Virus record (IMG/VR): IMGVR_UViG_3300020045_006640
Coordinates: 1-50,447 of that record
Length of the DNA stretch: 50,447 nucleotides
Direction: 5' to 3' (one strand)
Source of the DNA: a virus
Lineage: Duplodnaviria > Caudoviricetes
A program made the translations under genes and the position numbers. Shown here piece by piece: positions 1 to 9,767 of the stretch. The notes below the pieces were generated by a model that worked only from the letters and a program-made list of their open reading frames with translations, was not told where the DNA came from and ran no database searches. Each line of letters starts with the position of its first letter. Within the stretch, counting starts at the first letter, position 1.

Positions 1-520
1 TCACTTCCATGAAGGCACCGAAATCAGCGGGTGCACCGCTGGCGACGGGTGCGGGCGGCGTGACCGGTGGTGCGGCGGGTGCAGCAACAACGGGCGGCAC
101 TTCAGGCACAGTCGGCGCGGGTGCGGGCGGCGTGACCGGTGCAGCGACGGGCGGCACAGTCGGAACAGTCGGAACAGGTGCCGGGGCGGTGCCATTGGCG
201 GCACGCAGACGGGCTTCAACAGCGGTCACAAGATCGGCCTGGACGCCCTTGCGCTTGCGCCAGCTTCCGTCAGCGTTCTTGGAGCGTGCCTTGCTGTGGA
301 TTTCTTCAGACCAGGGAAGGCCGGTGGTGTCGCGTTCGTTCGGATCACCAGCAACGGCAACAGCCGGTTCATCATCGGGATCGGCGGCGTTCAGGCTGAC
401 AATGCCCGGAATGGTCGATGTGCCACCATTGACCTGCTGACCCATGCCAGCAAGCATTGCAAGCACCGAAAGGTCGGTGCTGTTGTTCGTGTCGCCACTG
501 ATCGTCAAGGTGAATTGCAT
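1..520 (-). CDS. Conserved phage replication-module protein with Pro/Ala-rich linker (3' truncated)
   Basis: Not in the ORF track. ATG at 520 after AAAGGAAA; reads MQFTLTISG...DTTGLPWSEEIHSKARSKNADGSWRKRKGV...PAPVPTVP and stays open to the window edge. Confidence 0.8.
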   Translation of the reverse strand, partial: MQFTLTISGDTNNSTDLSVLAMLAGMGQQVNGGTSTIPGIVSLNAADPDDEPAVAVAGDPNERDTTGLPWSEEIHSKARSKNADGSWRKRKGVQADLVTAVEARLRAANGTAPAPVPTVPTVPPVAAPVTPPAPAPTVPEVPPVVAAPAAPPVTPPAPVASGAPADFGAFMEV

Positions 521-555
521 TTGTTGGGTTTCCTTTTTGGATAATTCCGAAAACC

Positions 556-585
556 GTTATAGTGGAAGGGGGTTGACTTTTGCAA
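556..585 (-). promoter_or_regulatory. Leftward sigma70-type promoter in divergent intergenic region
   Basis: TTGCAA-N18-TATAAC on the minus strand, with the AACCGC flank shared by promoters at 29919 and 46978. Confidence 0.55.
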
Positions 586-627
586 GCGGTTTTTGCACAA
601 GTGGTCAACAAATTTGGAGTTGGTCGG

Positions 628-780
628 ATGCCTGTCAATATCAAAGAATTTTCAGCTTGGTTGATCAAACAGGATGATCACGAACCCGGAAAATATCTGT
701 CCGGATCATATGGCAAGGAAAAGCGCGACCAATTCCTGATTATGCTGAAGCTGATGGCCGCACGGGTTGTTGCAGCATGA
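628..780 (+). CDS. Hypothetical protein (50 aa)
   Basis: TTTGGAG RBS before ATG 628; ATGA overlap with next gene. Confidence 0.6.
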   Translation: MPVNIKEFSAWLIKQDDHEPGKYLSGSYGKEKRDQFLIMLKLMAARVVAA

Positions 781-1385
781 CACAGTTTGCGATTTCTTGT
801 GAACTTTATCTGCGTTTGGCCGGTATGGCGCTGCAACCCGATGAAAACAATCGTCAGGTTTTGCGTTGTGTTCGCATTGAACACCGTGCGGGTGTCGCAC
901 TAGCGGTTGCATCGAATGCTTTCGCCTTGGCTGGTGAATATATGGGCGCACTGGCTGAAGGTGAACCGGATGGCGCGGTCAACATCGTTATTGACCCGGC
1001 ATTGCAAGCACTCGCAACGCAGTCGCTTGACGGTGATCTGATCATCAACCAAGCACCGGGTTGGACGGTGATCACAACCAGCGATGGCGTTATGTTCCCT
1101 GGCAACGGTGAATTGCCGGGCGACTATCCGGATTGGCGGGCTTTGGTGCCGGGCGATCTGCCAACCAAGAACAATGGCTGTTTTTGCTTCAGCGGTGCAT
1201 TGCTGTCGCGGCTTTGCAAAACCGCACCGTGCGGCGTGATCCGTTGCGCTCGCAATATCGATATGTCACAACCGACCATCGTTCGCGATATCAAAGACGA
1301 AAATTGGTTCGGTATCTTTTTTGTCAGCGATGGCGGAAAAGAACAGTCATTCAAACCCGCAACAATTCCGGATTTTCTGAAATGA
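777..1385 (+). CDS. DNA polymerase III beta-like sliding clamp protein
   Basis: AVASNAFALA and GDYPDWRALVP resemble beta-clamp motifs; replication context. Confidence 0.65.
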   Translation: MTQFAISCELYLRLAGMALQPDENNRQVLRCVRIEHRAGVALAVASNAFALAGEYMGALAEGEPDGAVNIVIDPALQALATQSLDGDLIINQAPGWTVITTSDGVMFPGNGELPGDYPDWRALVPGDLPTKNNGCFCFSGALLSRLCKTAPCGVIRCARNIDMSQPTIVRDIKDENWFGIFFVSDGGKEQSFKPATIPDFLK

Positions 1386-1627
1386 GCCAAAGAGACAAGC
1401 GTTTCAAGTCCCTGAAATGGGAACTAAACCTGACAAATACGGCTTGGAAGGCTGAAGCGTTAGGACGGGTTTATTACATCATCACAGCGGCAAAGCTTGG
1501 CGAAAGCATGCAAGGATATCTGGTTGTGCAAGGTGTTGAATTCAGCACGATTTATGCACGGCTTTACGATGCACAGACGATTTGCCAGCTCGAACATGAA
1601 AAACGCATCAAGGAATGGCTGGCATGA
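1382..1627 (+). CDS. Hypothetical protein
   Basis: ATGA overlaps at both ends (MSQRDKRF...). Confidence 0.6.
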   Translation: MSQRDKRFKSLKWELNLTNTAWKAEALGRVYYIITAAKLGESMQGYLVVQGVEFSTIYARLYDAQTICQLEHEKRIKEWLA

Positions 1628-2058
1628 TCAGGCACAAAATGATCAGCCGTCACGATCCGGCAAACGGTGAATATGGTGACTGTCTCCGCACGTGCATTGC
1701 CTGTTTGACCGATGCGGTTTCGGTCGGTGACGTGCCGCATTTTGCCGATGGCAACCCGGAACCGAACGCGCTTTGGCGGGGTGTCCGCAATTGGATGATG
1801 GATGAACACAACGCTTCATTGTGGTTTGTGCCGTATGCGTCCGATGATTGGCAGGAAGTCACCGCAACGTGCAATGCGCTCAACCCTGGCATGTTTTACA
1901 TGTTGCAAGGTGCATCCGATGGTGGCGATCATATTGTGATATGCCAAGGTGATCGGATCGTGCATGATCCTGCACCGGGCGGCGGCGGGCTAATCGGACC
2001 GGGAAGCAATGGCGTGTTCATGGTGGTGTTGATCGTGTCGGATAGGTTGGTAAGCTGA
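1624..2058 (+). CDS. Putative papain-fold (C39-like) cysteine peptidase
   Basis: GDCLRTCIACL ... DHIVI ... IVHDP gives a Cys-His-Asp order. Confidence 0.5.
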   Translation: MIRHKMISRHDPANGEYGDCLRTCIACLTDAVSVGDVPHFADGNPEPNALWRGVRNWMMDEHNASLWFVPYASDDWQEVTATCNALNPGMFYMLQGASDGGDHIVICQGDRIVHDPAPGGGGLIGPGSNGVFMVVLIVSDRLVS

Positions 2059-2813
2059 TGCGCCTCAACATCGGACGCGGCACGTTCATCATGGGCGATT
2101 GTTTGGAGCGTATGGTCGAAATACCGGATGGCTCGATTGATATGATCTTGTGCGATCTGCCTTATGGCACGACGCAAAATAAATGGGATAGCGTAATACC
2201 GTTCGATGCGCTTTGGTCGCATTATTGGCGAATTGCCAAGCCGAATGCTGCCGTGGTGTTAACGGCTGCGCAACCGTTCACGTCAGCGCTTGTCATGTCA
2301 CAGATTGAACGTTTCAAGTATGATTGGATTTGGCGGAAATCACACGCAACTGGGCATCTGAATGCGAATAGAATGCCGATGCGTGAACACGAACATGTTA
2401 CAGTTTTTGCCAGAAATACACCGATTTACAATGCCCAGAAATTCTTGAAAGACAAAACGAAAGTTCGGCCAGAAAAGAAAGGTGCTCAAACAAAAACATC
2501 ATCTTATGGTCAAAACGATCCAAACGCACCTAGAACTGATGAAAATACTATCGGTTTTCCCAAATCTGTAATCGAGTTTGGAAGTGCGAAAACAGAAGGC
2601 AAACCACAACACCCAACACAAAAACCCGTTGCATTGTTTGAATACCTGATCCGCACTTATACGAATGAAGGTGATACGGTGCTTGATAATTGCGCCGGTT
2701 CCGGTACAGCTGCAATCGCTGCCGAACAATCCGGACGTAACTGGATTTGTATCGAACGCGATCCGACTTATTATTGTGCGGCTGTTGCCCGTGTTGTTGA
2801 GGCTGTCCGTTGA
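2058..2813 (+). CDS. DNA methyltransferase, N6-adenine/N4-cytosine, beta class
   Basis: DLPYG catalytic motif, HPTQKP, VLDNCAGSGT SAM-binding motif. Confidence 0.92.
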   Translation: MRLNIGRGTFIMGDCLERMVEIPDGSIDMILCDLPYGTTQNKWDSVIPFDALWSHYWRIAKPNAAVVLTAAQPFTSALVMSQIERFKYDWIWRKSHATGHLNANRMPMREHEHVTVFARNTPIYNAQKFLKDKTKVRPEKKGAQTKTSSYGQNDPNAPRTDENTIGFPKSVIEFGSAKTEGKPQHPTQKPVALFEYLIRTYTNEGDTVLDNCAGSGTAAIAAEQSGRNWICIERDPTYYCAAVARVVEAVR

Positions 2814-4480
2814 CCATTCAATTACGTGACTATCAGCAACGGGCTGACAATGAAATCATGGCGGCTTGGGCTGGCGGTGCACGAAATGTGCTGTACGTTT
2901 GCCCAACGGGCGGCGGTAAGTCGATCAATCTTAGCCATGACACGTTGCGCGATTATCAGCGGAACGTTCAACAGCTTACGGTTGCACATCGTCAGGAACT
3001 GATCGGGCAAATGTCGCTGCATACGGCGCGTGTCGGTGTGCCGCATCAAATCATCGGACCGAAAGCACTGATTGCAAATATCACCGCTGAACATCGTCGC
3101 GAGTTTGGCCGGTCATTCATCGTTCCTGGCGCGAATTGCTCGGTCGGATCGGTGGACACGCTTATGGCGCGGCAATCCGACATTGAAGGCACGTCATGGG
3201 CTGCACAAATGGGCAAGGTCCGTTGTGATGAAGGCCACCACTGGTTGCTAGGCAACAAATGGGGCACGTCGCTTGGATGGTTTACCAATGCGCTCGGTTT
3301 GTCGGTGTCCGCAACCCCGCAACGTGCTGACGGGCAAGGGCTTGGGCGGCATGCGGACGGTGTGATTGACCATATGGTGCTGGCACCAACCATGCGCGAA
3401 CTGATCGACATGGGCGCGTTGACGGATTACCAAATGGTCATTCCGACAACCGACTATCACAGCGAGAATTTGAACGTCACGCCGGGCGGTGATTTCAGCC
3501 CGAAACAGATGAAACAGGAAAGCGAACGCAGCCGCATATATGGCGACGTGGTTGTGAATTATTGCCGGTTCGCGCTCGGTAAACAGGCAATTGTGTTTGC
3601 GACCGATGTTGAAACATCGAACAAGATGGCCGCACAGTTCAACCTGTTTGGTATTTCTGCCGCGTCCGTATCTGCCAACACGCCCGATGATGTTCGTTCG
3701 GAATACATTCGACGTTTCCGGGCTGGTACAATCAAGGTTCTTTGCAACGTCGATTTGTTCGGTGAAGGGTTTGACCTTCCTGCAATTGAAGTTGTGATTA
3801 TGGCACGCCCGACAAATTCGCTCGCTGTCTATCTGCAACAGATCGGACGCGCGTTGCGCCTCATGCCCGGCAAGTTGTTTGGCTTGATCATCGATATGGT
3901 CAGCAACTTCAAGCGGCACGGGTTCCCCGACAAGCGGCGCGAATGGTCGCTGGATCGTCGCGAAAAGCGCGCCAAGATGGCACCCGATCCGGATGAAGTC
4001 GAACTGACACATTGCCTGAAGTGTTACAAGCCGTTTGAGGCTGTGCACCGCGTCTGTCCGCATTGCGGTGAACCCGTGGTCAAGCTGGCACCAGGGGAAA
4101 CGGGCGGGCGCTCGATTGAACAGGTTGACGGTGATCTGATGATGCTAGATGCGGCAATGCTGAAGGCAATGCGTGAAGCCGTCGAACTGCCTAACGCTGC
4201 GTCAGAAGGTCAACGGCGCTCGCATGGGGCATTTGGCGGCGGCAATGCCGCTGACCACTTCGCGGCTATCCAGCAAGCTAAGATTGACGCTCAGCGGGCA
4301 CTCTCGGATGTAATCGACCTTTGGGCTGGTCAGCGGGTTGCCGGTGGCGATAGCCTAGAAAACGTTTATCGCAGATTTTACAAAACAATGGGTGTCGATA
4401 CCCTGTCCGTGCTGCACAAGGATCGCACCAGGGCGGACTATGACAAGACCCGCGAACTGGTTGAAGGCTGGCTGAAATGA
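2810..4480 (+). CDS. Superfamily 2 DNA helicase with C-terminal zinc finger
   Basis: LRDYQ, PTGGGKS, DEGHH, SAT, EGFDLP, QQIGRALR; CxxC...CPHC. Confidence 0.92.
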   Translation: MTIQLRDYQQRADNEIMAAWAGGARNVLYVCPTGGGKSINLSHDTLRDYQRNVQQLTVAHRQELIGQMSLHTARVGVPHQIIGPKALIANITAEHRREFGRSFIVPGANCSVGSVDTLMARQSDIEGTSWAAQMGKVRCDEGHHWLLGNKWGTSLGWFTNALGLSVSATPQRADGQGLGRHADGVIDHMVLAPTMRELIDMGALTDYQMVIPTTDYHSENLNVTPGGDFSPKQMKQESERSRIYGDVVVNYCRFALGKQAIVFATDVETSNKMAAQFNLFGISAASVSANTPDDVRSEYIRRFRAGTIKVLCNVDLFGEGFDLPAIEVVIMARPTNSLAVYLQQIGRALRLMPGKLFGLIIDMVSNFKRHGFPDKRREWSLDRREKRAKMAPDPDEVELTHCLKCYKPFEAVHRVCPHCGEPVVKLAPGETGGRSIEQVDGDLMMLDAAMLKAMREAVELPNAASEGQRRSHGAFGGGNAADHFAAIQQAKIDAQRALSDVIDLWAGQRVAGGDSLENVYRRFYKTMGVDTLSVLHKDRTRADYDKTRELVEGWLK

Positions 4481-4722
4481 AGCGGTGCACAGCATGCGGG
4501 AATGAAAAACCCTTGTCCGGATTTTATTCGGACGCCAGTCGCGCGGATGGTCATTGCAATACGTGCGTTGAATGTTGTCGGGCACAGAATAACGCTCGGT
4601 ATGCTGCCGATCCGGAAAAGTATAAGCAACGTCAAAGACAATACCATGCGGTCATTATGGCCGATCCTGTCAAACACCGTGAATGTTTGTTTCAACGCAA
4701 ATTGCGGGAATGTTTGAAATGA
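4477..4722 (+). CDS. Small zinc-finger protein (HNH N-terminal-like), copy 1
   Basis: KRCTACGNEKP..FY...DG.CNTCVEC. Confidence 0.7.
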   Translation: MKRCTACGNEKPLSGFYSDASRADGHCNTCVECCRAQNNARYAADPEKYKQRQRQYHAVIMADPVKHRECLFQRKLRECLK

Positions 4723-4979
4723 AGCGGTGCACAGCATGCGGTGACGAAAAGCCGCACGATCAGTTTCACAAAGACAAGTCGCAAATTGACGGGTTGATGT
4801 GTCAATGTAAGCCGTGCCGATCCATATTGCGCCGGTTGAGTTATGAGCGCACAAAGGAAAAACGGCTTGCATATCAACAGGCATATCGGGCCAAAATCTT
4901 TGCCGATCCGATTGCCAAACGTGAATACTACTGGATCAAAAACCTCAAAAGGAAATACCATCGTGAAAACCGCACATGA
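4719..4979 (+). CDS. Small zinc-finger protein, copy 2
   Basis: KRCTACGDEKP..FH...DGLMCQCKPC; paralog of the previous gene. Confidence 0.7.
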   Translation: MKRCTACGDEKPHDQFHKDKSQIDGLMCQCKPCRSILRRLSYERTKEKRLAYQQAYRAKIFADPIAKREYYWIKNLKRKYHRENRT

Positions 4980-5436
4980 AATCGCAACTGAAGCCGCACG
5001 CTTGGTCGGTGGTGATCGGGCACAACAGCATGGCGACAAGGGCGCAAACTTCAACGCAACCGCTGTGTTGTGGAATGCTTACCTATCGATCCGCAAGGGC
5101 GGTGCTGCCGCGCCGATTACCGGCATGGACTTCGCGCAAATGATGGTTCTGGCCAAAATGTCGCGCGTCCATACTGGATCGGTTTTCAATATGGATAACT
5201 TTGTTGATCAGGCTGGTTACAGCGCGTGTGCCGGTGAAGTCGCATTGCAGGAACAGCCTGACACGTCGCAAACCGAGTTGGATTTAAAAGAAGGTTTTGA
5301 AAAATGGAATGACGGTAAAATACCAGATGGTCAATGGTTTGATATTTACAACAAAGACGGCTCGTTTCACCCGTTCATACGGCGCGAAAAGATATACTGG
5401 AACGTTGTCGGCTGGTGGCGTTTGCATCATGCTTGA
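4963..5436 (+). CDS. DUF6378-like phage protein
   Basis: GTG 4963 after AAAGGA; LVGGDRAQQHGD...LWNAYL...MVLAKMSR...DNFVDQAGY. Confidence 0.7.
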   Translation: MKTAHEIATEAARLVGGDRAQQHGDKGANFNATAVLWNAYLSIRKGGAAAPITGMDFAQMMVLAKMSRVHTGSVFNMDNFVDQAGYSACAGEVALQEQPDTSQTELDLKEGFEKWNDGKIPDGQWFDIYNKDGSFHPFIRREKIYWNVVGWWRLHHA

Positions 5437-5830
5437 AGGTTCGGTTAGTCAGCAAGCACAAATGGAAATCGCCCGGTTGGGCGGTTTACCACAACGGAAC
5501 AATGTCGGTGCCTGTGTCGATAGCACGGGCCGGGCTGTCCGTTACGGGTTGATGAATGTCAGCAAGCAACAGAATGAACGGATCAAATCGAGCGATATCA
5601 TTGCGCCCGTGCCGATCACGATCACGCCGGAAATGGTTGGACAGACGTTTGGCGTGTATTGTGCATTTGAAACCAAGCACAGCGATTGGCATATGACGCC
5701 GGGCGATACGCATGCCCAGGCACAGGCGGAATATCATCGGGTTGTTCGGTTGCATGGCGGGCGTGCGGGGTTTGTCAGGTGCGTTGCGGATGTGCAGCGG
5801 ATCATTTTGACAGGTGTTGGTGCGTGGTGA
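5429..5830 (+). CDS. VRR-NUC / PD-(D/E)xK nuclease (Holliday junction resolvase-like)
   Basis: RNNVGA, SSDII, AFETK, Q..Y...V...GGRAGF. Confidence 0.8.
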   Translation: MLEGSVSQQAQMEIARLGGLPQRNNVGACVDSTGRAVRYGLMNVSKQQNERIKSSDIIAPVPITITPEMVGQTFGVYCAFETKHSDWHMTPGDTHAQAQAEYHRVVRLHGGRAGFVRCVADVQRIILTGVGAW

Positions 5831-6045
5831 AGATCAAGAAATATGACGTGTTGCGGGCGGTTTTGGAAACGAACCATCCGGACATTAAGCCGCAATCAAT
5901 GGCGGTTCTATCGCGGCGGCTCGGTGCGCCGAAGGTCCGCATTTCGTCGCTTTTGCAAAGGCTGAAAAATCAGGATATGGTGTTCCTGGCTGACGGCAAG
6001 CGTTGGCACTTGACCGAAATTGGTCGCAGGGTTTTTGACGAATGA
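5827..6045 (+). CDS. Winged-helix DNA-binding protein
   Basis: LSRRLGAPKVRISSLLQRL...WHLTEIG (MarR-like wHTH pattern); GTGA overlap. Confidence 0.6.
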   Translation: MKIKKYDVLRAVLETNHPDIKPQSMAVLSRRLGAPKVRISSLLQRLKNQDMVFLADGKRWHLTEIGRRVFDE

Positions 6046-6341
6046 CCAAGAGCGAGGCGACACGCGAAGCGATCCTGGCGGCTGGCGTGCTATGCGCGCG
6101 GGATGGGCTGCACTTGGTCACAGCGCGGCGCGTTGCCCGTCTGGCACGGCTTCACCACTCCAATGTGATTTACTATTTTTCCAGCACCGTTGCGCTTTTG
6201 GACGCGGTTGCGGATCGGGCGGTTGCTGACGGCAATTTGCTGGTGATCGCCCGGTTGATCATAGAAAAGCACCCGGCTGTCAGTGGCATGCCGGGTGTGG
6301 ATCGTGATCGGGCAATGTTGAGCGTGGCGGCTATTTCTTAA
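6042..6341 (+). CDS. TetR-like HTH regulator
   Basis: TREAILAAG...VTARRVARLA.....VIYYFSS...LLDAV. Confidence 0.8.
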   Translation: MTKSEATREAILAAGVLCARDGLHLVTARRVARLARLHHSNVIYYFSSTVALLDAVADRAVADGNLLVIARLIIEKHPAVSGMPGVDRDRAMLSVAAIS

Positions 6342-6561
6342 ACCGTTCCGTCCAAACGTCATAGTCAGACAGTGACGGGTGATCAGCGCTGGCGTTGCCG
6401 GGTGCGGGCGGTGTGCCGATGTTGATTTGCGTGAACACCAATTCGCCTTTTTCGTTCAGGCTGGCGGCGTTGATCTGTCCTGGCACAAACTTTCCGTTGC
6501 CGGTGGTTGAACAGGCGGTCAGTGTGGCGAGAATTGCGGCAAGTGCAATTATCTTGATCAT
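6331..6561 (-). CDS. Small lipoprotein
   Basis: Signal peptide with lipobox LTAC. Confidence 0.7.
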   Translation of the reverse strand: MIKIIALAAILATLTACSTTGNGKFVPGQINAASLNEKGELVFTQINIGTPPAPGNASADHPSLSDYDVWTERFKK

Positions 6562-6767
6562 TTCGTTTCAATCAGTTGGATGTTGTTGACAATAACCGAT
6601 TTGATCTTGGTGCCGTTCGATTTGGCCTGATCGGTCATGTTGCGTTTCATATCCTTGCGGATTTTGGAGCGATCCGCATCCGTCAGGCTAGTCAGGTGTT
6701 GTTCATGATCAGCGAGCGGGGCGGTCACTTCAACCGTGCTGGTGATCGTCATGCGAATTGATTTCAT
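6558..6767 (-). CDS. Hypothetical protein
   Basis: ATGA-coupled within the leftward operon. Confidence 0.6.
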   Translation of the reverse strand: MKSIRMTITSTVEVTAPLADHEQHLTSLTDADRSKIRKDMKRNMTDQAKSNGTKIKSVIVNNIQLIETK

Positions 6768-7075
6768 TCGTCGTCATCCTTGTATTGACGGATTGGGGCG
6801 GGTTCGCGGGTTGCACGCGGGGTTGATGATATGCCAGCCGGGGTTGGCGGGTGCAGGGTGCGCGGATCAATGAATGCAGTCGTGCGGATCGTGAAGCTTT
6901 GGTCATCGCTGGCGACGATTGCTGAACGAATGTCACCGTGCTTAGGCTTGTCATACCAGCGCGCAACCGTGCTGGCTTGTCCGCATTCAAGGCACTTATT
7001 GCGCCCTGCACCGCCATTGCTCGGATCGGGCGTGTAGAGCGTGCTGTTGCAGTTCGGGCAATGGGCGGTTGTCAT
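6764..7075 (-). CDS. Zinc-ribbon protein
   Basis: MTTAHCPNC...KCLECG; coupled start at 7075. Confidence 0.55.
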   Translation of the reverse strand: MTTAHCPNCNSTLYTPDPSNGGAGRNKCLECGQASTVARWYDKPKHGDIRSAIVASDDQSFTIRTTAFIDPRTLHPPTPAGISSTPRATREPAPIRQYKDDDE

Positions 7076-7323
7076 TTGTGTTTGACCTGATCGGCAAGAA
7101 ACATGAACATTTTTGTGTAATCGTTCACGCTGACAACCTTGTATGGCATGTTTGGGTTGACGGTGCCCAACCACATTTGAAAGATTTGCCGCACTTCAGT
7201 TTCGGTCAACGTGATTGTTCTTGGCGGCGGCTGCACCGGGCCAAGGCATTGCACATCAATTTTTCCGTATCGATGCGGAACGCGAGCGTAAATTTTCCCC
7301 TTGAATTCAAATGTGATAGCCAT
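7072..7323 (-). CDS. Hypothetical protein
   Basis: AAGGA RBS; operon packing. Confidence 0.6.
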   Translation of the reverse strand: MAITFEFKGKIYARVPHRYGKIDVQCLGPVQPPPRTITLTETEVRQIFQMWLGTVNPNMPYKVVSVNDYTKMFMFLADQVKHK

Positions 7324-7327
7324 CGGG

Positions 7328-7588
7328 TTATTCCTTGCGGGTTGCGTGCTTCAGATCGGCGGCGGTCACTTGCAGGATCGCCATATTGTTCGTGTCCAAA
7401 GCTATTTCACAAATCAGCAGACATGGCAACAGTTCATTCATTGCGGATTGTGCGGCGCGCGTTGCGTCGATCACATTTTGATTGTCGTCATATTTTCCGG
7501 ACAGAAAGCCGTTGCGCTCTTTCTCGGAACGATACCGGGCAGCGACAACCGCCCGGCCAATCCGTTTTGCTCGGTTCGTGATTTGCAT
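7328..7588 (-). CDS. Hypothetical protein
   Basis: TGATG overlap with upstream gene (MQITNRAK...). Confidence 0.55.
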   Translation of the reverse strand: MQITNRAKRIGRAVVAARYRSEKERNGFLSGKYDDNQNVIDATRAAQSAMNELLPCLLICEIALDTNNMAILQVTAADLKHATRKE

Positions 7589-8436
7589 CAATCGATCAGC
7601 CGTTGAATGCCGCTGGTTTCCCAACGGGTTTCACCGCTGATTGTGTCCATCAATTCGTAAACTGTCTGAAGCGAATTGCGGTCAATCGTCACGATCCTGG
7701 CACGGTGAAAACCGGACAGCGCGTGCGAAACCAGATCACCGCGCTTGAACGCGGGCTTGGGTTCCGGGGCGTATGCTGCCAACCACGTATCAGCGATGCC
7801 GTCACCGTTCCGCTTGCACATGATCTTGGCGGCTTCCGTGATCGCTTCACGCTGGCGGTTCATGATCCGGATTGCACTTCCGGTCACTAGTTCGGCACCG
7901 GCTGGCTTTTCGCCAAGATCGTTGCGGATGAAGTCGCCAAGTTCGCGCAATTGCCGCTGATATTCGGCGATCTGCTGATTGCGGCGGTCAAGGGCTGCAC
8001 CGATATTGGTACGGCTCATGTCGGTTGCGGGTTCGCGAGCCATATACCAGCCGTGACCGATTAATGCGGGTTCAGCAATGCGGGCAAGATTTTCAACATT
8101 GAATTGTCCGCCCGCCATTGTGATCGCATAGTCATCACCTTTTACAGTGGAATATACCTGACGAATTTGGAATGTGTCTTTTCCGCTGATCGTGCGAACC
8201 CAGGCACCCGGTTGAATGGGCTGGCGCTGCAAAAAGTGTTCAACATCGTTTGCATACCAACCGCGAAAACCTGACGTGATGCTTTCCGGTTGCGGATCAT
8301 CGTCAAGCTTGACAAAAACGCTTCTGTTGTCCGACGATTTCGGCTTGAAATCGACAACAGTCGCGAGACAGCCGCGCAAAACGGGCGAAACCTGATTGGT
8401 CAACACGACACGATCACCGGGGAGATATTCAGACAT
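7588..8436 (-). CDS. Hypothetical multi-domain protein with SH3/KOW-like segments
   Basis: Three similar motifs: PGDRVVL, PGAWVRT, RGDLVSH; AAGGA RBS. Confidence 0.65.
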   Translation of the reverse strand: MSEYLPGDRVVLTNQVSPVLRGCLATVVDFKPKSSDNRSVFVKLDDDPQPESITSGFRGWYANDVEHFLQRQPIQPGAWVRTISGKDTFQIRQVYSTVKGDDYAITMAGGQFNVENLARIAEPALIGHGWYMAREPATDMSRTNIGAALDRRNQQIAEYQRQLRELGDFIRNDLGEKPAGAELVTGSAIRIMNRQREAITEAAKIMCKRNGDGIADTWLAAYAPEPKPAFKRGDLVSHALSGFHRARIVTIDRNSLQTVYELMDTISGETRWETSGIQRLID

Positions 8437-8983
8437 GATAAATTTCCTTGTATGGCAGGGTTTCGAGAAGGGTTGTGACGGCAGTGCGGCGGCGGGGATC
8501 GCCTAGCGTTGCGATCCAATCGAGCGGGTTCATTTGGTCTTTCTTCATGTTGCATGCGATGCAACACGGTACTTTGTTGGCGGTCCGCTGTTGCGGTGAA
8601 AGTTGGACGATTGAATTGCGTAGAATGGCGCGCGGAATTAGATGATCCATGCTGAAGCCGGATGCGGATTGGCGACCACGGCGCAACCGTGTGCCGCAAT
8701 AGGTGCACTGTGCTGGCATTACAGCATCTTCACGGAACCGGTTTGTTTCGGGTGTGAGACAGACCCAAAAGCCGTTCTGGAATTCTCGATCCGGAAAACT
8801 GAAATAGAACGGCACCCAACGCAGCGTTTCGATATCGAAAACTAGATCAGTAGCGGATGGCATTTCCATCATTTGCGAGATCGGCAGCGGGCGGGTGATC
8901 GCATTGATTTGACAGCGCGTGTCGTCATGGCTGTTCAGTTCACCGTCATGCGTGCCGCCAATGATCGGGCCGGTGTTTGTCAT
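8429..8983 (-). CDS. HNH endonuclease with unrelated N-terminal domain
   Basis: CTYCG...MDHLIPR...NKVPCCIACNMKK; GGGAG RBS. Confidence 0.8.
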   Translation of the reverse strand: MTNTGPIIGGTHDGELNSHDDTRCQINAITRPLPISQMMEMPSATDLVFDIETLRWVPFYFSFPDREFQNGFWVCLTPETNRFREDAVMPAQCTYCGTRLRRGRQSASGFSMDHLIPRAILRNSIVQLSPQQRTANKVPCCIACNMKKDQMNPLDWIATLGDPRRRTAVTTLLETLPYKEIYHV

Positions 8984-9110
8984 CTTAATATGTCTCCCAG
9001 GTTGGCAACCTACTAGGGGTTGTATGTTGCGTTTTTTACCACTTGGACAGTATGATGATCGCTTGCGTTCGTCAACGGCATATGTGATTAGAGTGTGATC
9101 TGTCTGTGAT

Positions 9111-9767
9111 TTGGTGGTTGAACCCGTGACCGTTTATAGAAGCCTTGTAATTAGCGACGTTTGCAAAATCGTCGGGCTAAAGCCTTGGGCGATCTATAAT
9201 CGCGTCAAAAAAGGCAGGTTCCCGCAACGCATTCAGGAAACCAATGAGCGTTGGGCGATTTGGGCGCTAGAAGATATTTTGGCTTGGCTCGCTGAAAACG
9301 GTAAAACACCGCAATGTGATCTGGCTGAATTTGAATGGGGATATATTTATCCGGAACCCGAAAAATACACCGGTCCGGATGCCGATGAAACAATCATCAT
9401 ACCTGAAAACGATCCGAACACTGTCGAACACATTTTTGCAACAAAACGTGTGATCGGAAATGAAGCACTAATGCGACCTGCAATTTATTTTTTGTTGCAT
9501 GAAAATGCGATTGTTTATGTCGGCAAAGCATTGATGCCTTTGGCGCGGCTTGCTTCACATATGAACGTCAAAACATTTGACAGCTTCACACTTTTCCCAT
9601 GCCCGAAAGAACACTTGGATTTGTTTGAAGCATATTATCTTTTCAAATTCCGACCAAAGTACAATTGTCGGATCGGTCGCGGTTTGATGCAAACACTTTA
9701 TTCAAAACGACGCCTTGAACAGATCGACATGAAAGAAATGTTCAAGATGATCGGTGACGACGCATGA
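9111..9767 (+). CDS. AlpA-like HTH fused to GIY-YIG nuclease domain
   Basis: N-terminal VCKIVGLKPWAIYNRVKKGRFP; C-terminal AIYFL...IVYVGKA...RL..H...E...RPKYN; exact start uncertain. Confidence 0.7.
   Translation: MVVEPVTVYRSLVISDVCKIVGLKPWAIYNRVKKGRFPQRIQETNERWAIWALEDILAWLAENGKTPQCDLAEFEWGYIYPEPEKYTGPDADETIIIPENDPNTVEHIFATKRVIGNEALMRPAIYFLLHENAIVYVGKALMPLARLASHMNVKTFDSFTLFPCPKEHLDLFEAYYLFKFRPKYNCRIGRGLMQTLYSKRRLEQIDMKEMFKMIGDDA

Noticed and set aside
9-440. Gly/Ala/Thr-rich plus-strand ORF
   Set aside because: Shadow of the Pro-rich minus-strand gene starting at 520, which has an RBS and a conserved motif
9111-9767. Evidence of a temperate lifestyle from the AlpA/excisionase-like domain
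   Set aside because: No integrase, CI-like repressor, att site or host flanks visible; the missing part of the genome leaves lifestyle open
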